A stretch of DNA of 32,434 nucleotides, taken from assembly GCA_040235515.1 (NCBI GenBank), contig JBECKX010000008.1, forward strand, positions 1-32,434, written 5' to 3'. Within the stretch, counting starts at the first letter, position 1. Every line of letters starts with the position of its first letter. The notes under the pieces were generated by a model. It was not told the origin of the DNA. It ran no database searches and saw only the letters and a program-made list of their open reading frames with translations. This stretch comes from Candidatus Zixiibacteriota bacterium (GTDB lineage Bacteria > Zixibacteria > MSB-5A5 > CAIYYT01). The translations under genes were made by a program, and so were the position numbers. Shown here piece after piece: positions 21,043-27,894 of this stretch.

Positions 21043-21044
21043 GT

Positions 21045-21497
21045 CTACGACCGCTTATCCTCCGAATTCAACACAATCGTCACCGGCCCCCAATTACACA
21101 GTTCCACCGCCATCTTGGCGCCGAAGATTCCCGACTCAACTGCGATACCTTTCGCCTTCACCTGATCCTTGAAGTAATCGAACAATCGCTCAGCTTCCAC
21201 GGGCTCCATCGCATCGGTGAATGCCGGCCGGCGACCCTTGCGCGTATCGGCGTAAAGCGTGAACTGGCTCACTGCCAGCAGCGCGCCCCCGACATCGAGC
21301 AAAGATAGATTCATTTTGTCATTATCATCTTCGAAGATGCGTAAGTTGGCGACGCGCTCGGCGAGGATTTCGGCATCGCGTTCAGAATCGGTATGAGTCG
21401 CCCCGACCAAGGCCATTATGCCGTAATCGATTGCCCCGACGACTTCATCTGATACTTTCACCAGCGCCCATTTCACCCGCTGTAGTATTAGTCGCAT
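21045..21497 (-). CDS. dtd: D-aminoacyl-tRNA deacylase
   Basis: MRLILQRV, LRIFED, VSQFTLYAD...KGRRP, FGAKM...NWGPVT. Confidence 0.97.
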   Translation of the reverse strand: MRLILQRVKWALVKVSDEVVGAIDYGIMALVGATHTDSERDAEILAERVANLRIFEDDNDKMNLSLLDVGGALLAVSQFTLYADTRKGRRPAFTDAMEPVEAERLFDYFKDQVKAKGIAVESGIFGAKMAVELCNWGPVTIVLNSEDKRS

Positions 21498-21580
21498 CTC
21501 ACTCCTTCACAAGCTCGTACGTAAGTAGTTAGCGGGTATTTGTCAACAAAAACAATTGAGGGGGATGAGTAGCTCGCCCT

Positions 21581-21617
21581 GTAGGTCAGGTTTCCTCGGA
21601 ACCTGGAGGTCGACCTC
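21581..21617 (+). repeat. REP-like palindrome (GTAG foot) plus 12-bp palindrome
   Basis: GTAGGT-CAGGTTTCC-tc-GGAACCTG, then GAGGTCGACCTC. Confidence 0.5.
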
Positions 21618-21716
21618 GAAGGTGGGTCATCTGCTCTTGGTACCCGACAGCAACCTAGTGACAGTTGCTGCAATCTTTGGAAATCTCCAAACCACGCGTC
21701 TCTGTGAGAGATCAAC

Positions 21717-21740
21717 GTAGGGGCGCAGCATGCTGCGCCC
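21717..21740 (+). repeat. REP element GTAG-GGGCGCAGCATGCTGCGCCC
   Basis: GTAG tetranucleotide plus perfect 20-bp palindrome; identical inverted copies at 24693-24716 and 24987-25010. Confidence 0.85.
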
Positions 21741-21764
21741 TCAAGGTGAGGCACCCGCCTCACC

Positions 21765-21790
21765 GTCATTCCCGCGCAGGCAGGAATCCA
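21765..21790 (+). repeat. GTCATTCCCGCG...GGAATCCA-type palindromic repeat
   Basis: GTCATTCCCGCGCAGGCAGGAATCCA resembles the widespread GTCATTCCCGCGnAnGCGGGAATCC small-repeat family; preceded by hairpin GGTGAGGC-accc-GCCTCACC. Confidence 0.65.
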
Positions 21791-21973
21791 TGTTCTTGCT
21801 GTGTCGTAGGACCGGATTTAGACCAAGTGTGTTGGTCGTAACAAAGTATGTATTGCCAAGTTGATTATGGCGCCTGAAAATCGACATCCCTTTTTTCTCC
21901 AGCCAGTGACCTACCTGCTCGTCTTCGAATGTATAGTTCCAAGTGAACTTGACTTACGGGCTGTCCAAAGCGA

Positions 21974-22001
21974 TTGACGCTCCGATTCCAATTTTTATAT
22001 T
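21974..22001 (+). promoter_or_regulatory. Putative sigma70 promoter
   Basis: TTGACG-N16-TATATT, 37 bp before ATG 22038; AAGAGGTG RBS follows. Confidence 0.6.
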
Positions 22002-22037
22002 GAACCGTCAGTCTTTACTGCAAAAGAGGTGATATCT

Positions 22038-22661
22038 ATGCTCCGATTCATATTTCCAGTGCTTTTTCTCGCGTGTCTTCTGGGCTGTGCAGCGGGGACC
22101 AAAATGTCCGCCCGCGTCAATCCTGCATACGAACAACAAACTTTTAAGAAAATCTACGTCATGTCCTCGTTCGCAGACCTGGAGCTTCAAACAGCTTTTG
22201 AAGAGAAACTTCAGAATTCCTTCAGAGGCCACGGTGTAGAGTGTGTTTTTGAAAGCTGGGTCGAATTCGACTATGACGTCCGCGACGCTGATCAGCTTCT
22301 CCGAATTCTCGACTCCACCGGTTGTGATGGGGTTCTCGCTGTATATCCTGCAGGCTCAGGATTAAGCCAAGCCTACATACCGAAAACCACTTCCAGTTCG
22401 ACAAGCGGCTCTGGACGAGTTGATAGCTTCGGCAACATCTACTACAACGAAAAGACCCGCACTTCGGAATATGGCGGCTACAACGTGAACAAGCCCTGGG
22501 CGAACTTTGAGGCGACACTCTATGATGCCGCTACCTTCCAAGTAGCATGGAAAGCGTCTGCTCATACCGGCGGAAATGCTTTCGCGAATTGGAAGACGGT
22601 CGTAAGATCGATGGCGGGGCAGACAGTATCGAAGTTGTCAGAACAGAAGCTAATCAAGTAA
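22038..22661 (+). CDS. Lipoprotein, DUF4136-like fold (hypothetical)
   Basis: MLRFIFPVLFLACLLG-C lipobox; FKKIYV, GCDGVL, S/T/G-rich insert, ATLYDAATFQVAWKA. Confidence 0.7.
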   Translation: MLRFIFPVLFLACLLGCAAGTKMSARVNPAYEQQTFKKIYVMSSFADLELQTAFEEKLQNSFRGHGVECVFESWVEFDYDVRDADQLLRILDSTGCDGVLAVYPAGSGLSQAYIPKTTSSSTSGSGRVDSFGNIYYNEKTRTSEYGGYNVNKPWANFEATLYDAATFQVAWKASAHTGGNAFANWKTVVRSMAGQTVSKLSEQKLIK

Positions 22662-22702
22662 TGATTTTTGTAGTGAAGCATAGCGCATAGTTAGATAACA
22701 AA

Positions 22703-24358
22703 ATGGGAGAGCTCATGGCAGCAGATGACTTGTCAAAAGCAGAGTTTCGGTTTAGGAAATCCTCAAGCGTAGGAATACCGCACGCAGAGCAGGATTCTAA
22801 GTTTCTCGACGCATGTTTCGTGAACAATGGGCTATTGGACATTGCGTTAGACACTAATGAACCCAAGATATTTCTGCATGGGAGGACGGGTTCCGGTAAG
22901 ACAGCTCTAATCAAGAAAATCAACTCTATGAAGCCAAAGCAAGTGATCTTGATAAGACCGGAGACATTGGCGCTGAACCATATATCAAATAGCACCATTA
23001 TCAAGTTTTTTGAAGAACTAGAAGTTCGCATGGATTTATTCTACAAGCTCCTTTGGAGACACACGCTTGCGGTGGAAATACTCAAGAAAAAGTATGAGAT
23101 CACTACGCCGAAGGCCCGCAACAGTTGGCTTATGTGGCTAAAGGACAGATTCGATAAGGATGAAGGGAAAAACGCTGCGCTTGAGTATATACAGAAATTT
23201 GGAGATAGTTTTTGGAAGGAGACAGATGAGAGGATTGCTGAAATAACCACTACTATAGAGCGCGAGCTTAGTTCACAAATAGGTTCGGATCTGAGTGGAA
23301 TTATGTCGGCTGGTGCGAAAGGGCGCAGTCAGATTAGCGAACAGCAAAGAGCGGAGATAAAGAAACGTGGTCAAGAAGTCGTAAGCAAAGTAAAAATCAG
23401 GGAGCTAGATCAGATTATCCGGATGTTGGACGAGGATATATTAACTGATGACCAGCATCCTTACTATGTACTAATTGATGGTTTAGATGAGGATTGGGTC
23501 GAGGATCGTCTGCGTTATAAGCTTATAAAGGCTCTTTTAGAAGCTGCTAGGGATTTCTGTCGAATCAAGAATGCCAAAGTGATTGTTGCTATAAGAAGAG
23601 ACTTAATGGAAAGGGTGTTTCGATCGACACGTCACGATGGACAGCAGGAAGAAAAGTACATGTCCTTGTGCATTGATCTCCGGTGGAAACGCAATGATCT
23701 AATAGATCTCATCGACAGGAGAATTAGATTCCTTATTCAAGAGCAATACACGTCCAAAGAAGTAGGCTTGAAACAGCTCTTGCCGACGAAAATAAGCAAG
23801 CAAAACCCCGAGAAGTACATCTTGGATCGGACTTTATTGCGTCCAAGGGATGCCATAGTGTTCATAAATGAGTGCATCAATCTGTGTGAAGGTAAGCAGA
23901 AGTTCACGGCCACCATGATTCAGCAAGCGGAACGAGCGTATTCAAAGAACCGGCTGAACTCCGTCTGTGACGAATGGTATGCAGACTATCCGGAGTTGTC
24001 CCGTTTCGCATTTCTGATTTTGCACGGAAGATCGCATTCGTTCTACTTGCACGAGATTTCGGAGAACGAGTTTGACTCTATGTGTATTGAACTAGCTTCG
24101 AGTCCGCCGCCTGACTGCAAGTTCTTATGGAGTCTTCTCGACAGAAGATTTGATGGGAATATATCTCTCAAACTTTGTGTCTCCAATATATTTGCGGTGT
24201 TCTTCAAGACTGGCCTGGTCGGACTTCGCTTAACGTCAAAGGACAACTATATCTGGTCATTCAACGAAGAATCGATTGTCTCTTCCGATGAGATTGAACC
24301 TAATACGCGCGTGATGATACACCACGCGTTTCGAAATGCTCTGAGTGTAGCAGACTAG
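22703..24358 (+). CDS. P-loop ATPase, Sll1717/FunZ-like family
   Basis: Walker A GRTGSGKT, Walker B VLIDGLDEDW, YILDRTLLRPRDAIVF, C-terminal GLVG...IHHAFRNAL; AT-richer than the flanks. Confidence 0.8.
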   Translation: MGELMAADDLSKAEFRFRKSSSVGIPHAEQDSKFLDACFVNNGLLDIALDTNEPKIFLHGRTGSGKTALIKKINSMKPKQVILIRPETLALNHISNSTIIKFFEELEVRMDLFYKLLWRHTLAVEILKKKYEITTPKARNSWLMWLKDRFDKDEGKNAALEYIQKFGDSFWKETDERIAEITTTIERELSSQIGSDLSGIMSAGAKGRSQISEQQRAEIKKRGQEVVSKVKIRELDQIIRMLDEDILTDDQHPYYVLIDGLDEDWVEDRLRYKLIKALLEAARDFCRIKNAKVIVAIRRDLMERVFRSTRHDGQQEEKYMSLCIDLRWKRNDLIDLIDRRIRFLIQEQYTSKEVGLKQLLPTKISKQNPEKYILDRTLLRPRDAIVFINECINLCEGKQKFTATMIQQAERAYSKNRLNSVCDEWYADYPELSRFAFLILHGRSHSFYLHEISENEFDSMCIELASSPPPDCKFLWSLLDRRFDGNISLKLCVSNIFAVFFKTGLVGLRLTSKDNYIWSFNEESIVSSDEIEPNTRVMIHHAFRNALSVAD

Positions 24359-24448
24359 CCGAAAAGATAGCCCCCGCTCTCATACCAAAACCACATCAAA
24401 AATCCCTCCGCCCCATAAGTAGAAGAGCCTTGTAATCGGCGGAAGCAG

Positions 24449-25059
24449 TCCGCCGGCTGCGCGTGGCCATAGATCACTCACGAGCGTGCCCGTGACCTTG
24501 GTCGCGGTCTCGGGCCAACCATACTCCATTCAGCAGTCCGCGACCAAGGTCGCGGCCACACGCCACATTTTCGTACTGCCAGTAAGAAAAACGCCGCGCA
24601 CCGCCTGCTCGCCGTGGCGAGAGGACGTACGCGGCGCACAAACTGTGGATTTCGGATTCCTTAGGAACCACGGCAAAGTCATCCCTCGCCCCGGGCGCAG
24701 CATGCTGCGCCCCTACAAAGCCCCCCTACTTCTTCATTCCCTCCAGCAGCTTCCTGATCTCCGCCGGGTGCGCGTGACCCTAGATCACTCCACGAGTCGT
24801 GCCCGCGACCTTGGTCGCGGTCTCAAGACACCCATTCTCCATTCAGCAGTCCGCGACCAAGGTCGCGGCCACACGCCGCGATTTGGTACTACCAGTAAAA
24901 GAAACGCCGCGCACGAGGACGTACGCGGCGCACAAATTGTGGATTTCGGATTCCTTAGGAACCACGGCAAAGTCATCCCTCGCCCCGGGCGCAGCATGCT
25001 GCGCCCCTACAAAGCCCCCCTACTTCTTCAATCCCTCCAGCAGCTTCTTGATCTCCGCC
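24449..25059. repeat. Imperfect tandem duplication (311 bp + 294 bp) of a REP-rich unit
   Basis: Copy 1 24449-24759, copy 2 24760-25053; TCCGCC at all three junctions (24449, 24760, 25054). Confidence 0.92.
24897..24930 (-). terminator. Probable terminator of the fibre gene
   Basis: Minus strand CGCCGCG-tacgtcctcgtg-CGCGGCG followed by TTTCTTTT. Confidence 0.55.
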
Positions 25060-27320
25060 AGCTCGTTGCGTAGCTCGTCATTGGATGCCGCCAGCTCGCG
25101 GTTCTGACGCGCCAACTCCTTGATCGCCGCCAGCGCAATGCCGGAAGGGTCAATCGTCGAGATCGTCTTGTCGTTGACGCCGAGCCCGAACACCGAACTG
25201 AAATCCTGCGCCGTCGGCCCGATATGCTTGATGCTCTGACCCTCGACCTTGTAATTCCACTCCGTGATCAGCAACTGCTCGATCTTTGCCAGCAGCTCTT
25301 CGCCATCAACCGCAGTGAAGTTCTCCTTCAGGTTGGCGTCCGAAGCATTCGTCCAGGTGCCACCCGAGGTCAACAACGCACCCGATGAATGCACGATCGG
25401 ATCGAGTGTGCCGCCTACACTCGACTGAAGCGTGAGCGAGGAAATCGTCCCGGAGAAATCATCGCAACCCAGCGAAACTCGCGAGGAAGCGGAATCTACA
25501 GAACATTCCAAATCTACGTTCGAGGAACTGCTTTCACGACGCAGTGTATTGGAGCACTTGGTCTTGTTGGCCTTCTCTTTTGCCTTCATCAGCGCCGGCA
25601 AGAGCAGAGCATCGGTGAACTCAAACGTCGTTTCCGTTACAACGGAATCTGGTGTCGTCGTTACCACCACCCTGTTCCTGTCAGCTCCGGTACCTTTGGT
25701 TTTGATCGCAACAGAACACGTAGTAGGCAGACACCGATCTTCGATTTCACTGTCTGGTATATTGTCGCCATCGCTGTCGGTGTCGATATAGCGGCGCGTC
25801 GAGTCGGCCGTGCAGACCATCTGCATTCCACTCGACGGTCCCGAAGGCGCAAGCGTCGAAGCTCGCGATTGCAACACTGAACCGCCCGGTAACGCGCCAC
25901 CGACCAGATACAGTTCCGGGATGCCGTCACCATCCAAATCGGTGTCGCACTGAACTATGGCGGACGAATCATTGGATGTTGATACTACCCGGTTTCGATC
26001 CGCCCCCGTACCCTTCGTCTTAATCGCCACCGAACAGGTTCCGGGCATCAGGAGCTGGTCAATCTCTTGTTCCGGTACTCCATCCCCGTCGCTGTCCATG
26101 TCGAGGTAGTGACGCGTCGAGTCGCTGGAAACGACCGTGATAACCCGGTTCTTATCCGCCCCGGTACCCTTGGTCTTGATTGCCATCGAGCACGTGCCCG
26201 GCATCAACCGCTGATCCAGTTCAGCCTCCGGAACACCGTCCCCATCGCTGTCGCAGTCGATATAGCGTCGCACCGAATCTGCTGTACAGATATCAAGTGT
26301 TCCGTTTTCAGAGCCCTGCGAGCCAATTCCGCTACACCGAGAGGAGAGAATCGTACCGCCGGGAATCACTCCGCCTACCAACAGCAGGTCAGGTATGCCG
26401 TCATCGTCGAGGTCACCGTCGCAGCGTATTACCGCCGAAGTGTCATTGGTGGACGACACTACCCTGTTCTTATCAGCACCCGTACCCTTCGTTTTGATTG
26501 CCACGGAGCATTGCCCCGGCGATGCCAGCGCATGTACGGAATTCTCGGGAACACCGTCGTCATCGTCATCAGAATCCAGCGTCATCCCGGCAGCTGTGTC
26601 CGAGGCCATCCTCGCAACCAGGTCCGGGACGCCATCACCATCATCATCTCCCCCGGTCGTCACTGCGGAAAGGCCATTGAGAGTAAGGAGATCTATATAC
26701 TTGTGCCCCGGCGTCGTCGGATGATAGTCTAGCTTCAAAGATGACGAGTCAGCATCGCCAGAGGCACTGATCACCTGATCGCCACTGGACTGCACCCGGA
26801 ATGTTCCTCCCGTCCCGTGAGCCTGAAGACCGACTGTGCCTCCACCGCCACCTCCACCTCCACCGCTGCCATCGAGCAGTAGCTCCCCCGGGCCGGTCTG
26901 GAGATCGCCATCGACCCTGATTGCGGTTGATGCGTACGGTACACTAACCAGACGCACCCGTGGAGTGATCGCCTGACCAGCTACGACGACTTCAAGGTAA
27001 CGCTCACCGACTGGTGGCAATCCGCCGCTCGGAGGCGAGGCGAACAGGTCAGCACTGAGCGCCACCGATGACCCAAGCAGAACGTTAAACAAACCATCGC
27101 TAACACTAACCGAGGGATGACTCTCCGACCAGAGCAAAGTTCCACCCGTGGAAGCATCATACACTCTGAATTCCATCGACACAGTTCCGTTGATTGGATT
27201 ATCACTCGCATCGAGAAGCTGGCCCTGGTGATGAATCTCGGTCGGCGCCGCGGCGGCGACCCCGGACATGCACATAAGCAACACGATAAGGACAGAACAC
27301 ACTGCAAGCATGCGCAACAT
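25020..27320 (-). CDS. Secreted tail-fibre-like protein with DxDxDG repeats and C-terminal peptidase S74 intramolecular chaperone
   Basis: Signal peptide (AAA|A); N-terminal HQGQLLD...MEFRVYD...GGTLLWSE...DGLFNVLLG domain; 7 DxDxDGxP[DE]-type loops; SDANLKENF...WNYK...HIGPTAQDF...ALAAIKEL plus coiled coil. Confidence 0.85.
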   Translation of the reverse strand: MLRMLAVCSVLIVLLMCMSGVAAAAPTEIHHQGQLLDASDNPINGTVSMEFRVYDASTGGTLLWSESHPSVSVSDGLFNVLLGSSVALSADLFASPPSGGLPPVGERYLEVVVAGQAITPRVRLVSVPYASTAIRVDGDLQTGPGELLLDGSGGGGGGGGGTVGLQAHGTGGTFRVQSSGDQVISASGDADSSSLKLDYHPTTPGHKYIDLLTLNGLSAVTTGGDDDGDGVPDLVARMASDTAAGMTLDSDDDDDGVPENSVHALASPGQCSVAIKTKGTGADKNRVVSSTNDTSAVIRCDGDLDDDGIPDLLLVGGVIPGGTILSSRCSGIGSQGSENGTLDICTADSVRRYIDCDSDGDGVPEAELDQRLMPGTCSMAIKTKGTGADKNRVITVVSSDSTRHYLDMDSDGDGVPEQEIDQLLMPGTCSVAIKTKGTGADRNRVVSTSNDSSAIVQCDTDLDGDGIPELYLVGGALPGGSVLQSRASTLAPSGPSSGMQMVCTADSTRRYIDTDSDGDNIPDSEIEDRCLPTTCSVAIKTKGTGADRNRVVVTTTPDSVVTETTFEFTDALLLPALMKAKEKANKTKCSNTLRRESSSSNVDLECSVDSASSRVSLGCDDFSGTISSLTLQSSVGGTLDPIVHSSGALLTSGGTWTNASDANLKENFTAVDGEELLAKIEQLLITEWNYKVEGQSIKHIGPTAQDFSSVFGLGVNDKTISTIDPSGIALAAIKELARQNRELAASNDELRNELAEIKKLLEGLKK

Positions 27321-27609
27321 ACACTACTCCATCGGCTAGAAGGTTCTACGGGATTTGGTTGTAAGGTTTTTCCGTTGTAACGAAGTCGGCGGGTCACTCA
27401 CGCCGGCGTTAACGCCTGGGATGCCGGCGCGATCTCCTGCCAAATCTTGGAAGTGCGAAGAAGTCAATAATGGCGCAAGATTTATGAACGCCTAAGAATG
27501 ATAAATCGCAATGAGGAAATATACTGGGCAACATAGAGCCGCGCAATCTAAATTTAAGAAAGTGGTCGGGAGGAAAAAGTCCCGGAGCAAACCCTGAGGT
27601 TACGGGCAG

Positions 27610-27645
27610 AAAACGTCGCCCACCGCCGGCTCACCACGGCGAGAG
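27610..27645 (+). repeat. Diverged copy of the element at 24588-24623
   Basis: 30/36 identity by hand alignment. Confidence 0.55.
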
Positions 27646-27701
27646 ACCGCGCGCATCTCACAATTTCAAACTAACGCAACTACCCAGCCCGTCGCAGCCC
27701 A

Positions 27702-27802
27702 ACCCCTCTCGAGAGGGGTCGTCCCAAAATCGACGCAACGCGGCGAGTTCGGGGCGGGGGTGTGTTCCTTTCCCTCTCAAGGGAAAAATCCGGGGGTGAG
27801 GA
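27702..27802. repeat. CCCCTCTC-GAGAGGGG palindromic repeat cluster
   Basis: Perfect 18-bp ACCCCTCTCGAGAGGGGT (27702-27719), followed by GGGGTGTGTT and TTTCCCT-ctca-AGGGAAA...GGGGGTGAGG. Confidence 0.5.
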
Positions 27803-27894
27803 CACCCGCAATCCCACCTCCGCTCGCGAGCCGAAACAATCAGGCCGCCAGTCGAGGAGGACCGGCGGCCACATATATTCCAGTCTAAAGGTTA

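Noticed and set aside
20930..21044. Possible 6S RNA, riboswitch or hammerhead
   Set aside because: Lacks the diagnostic consensus motifs I can recognise (no CUGANGA, no long 6S rod with central bubble); kept only as a structured repeat.
24449..25059. CRISPR array or DGR template/variable repeat
   Set aside because: Only two long units with no repeat-spacer periodicity; differences are not confined to adenines; no cas or reverse transcriptase gene in the window.
24486..25073. 195-aa plus-strand ORF with an internal repeat
   Set aside because: Read-through of the palindromic tandem duplication; no RBS and no protein-like features.
25020..27320. Prophage at the tail-fibre-like gene
   Set aside because: No integrase, capsid, terminase or other phage genes nearby, and the protein has a Sec signal peptide.
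27428..27442. Possible sigma-54 promoter TGGCAGGAGATCGC upstream of the fibre gene
   Set aside because: GG-to-GC spacing is 9 or 11 nt, not the required 10.
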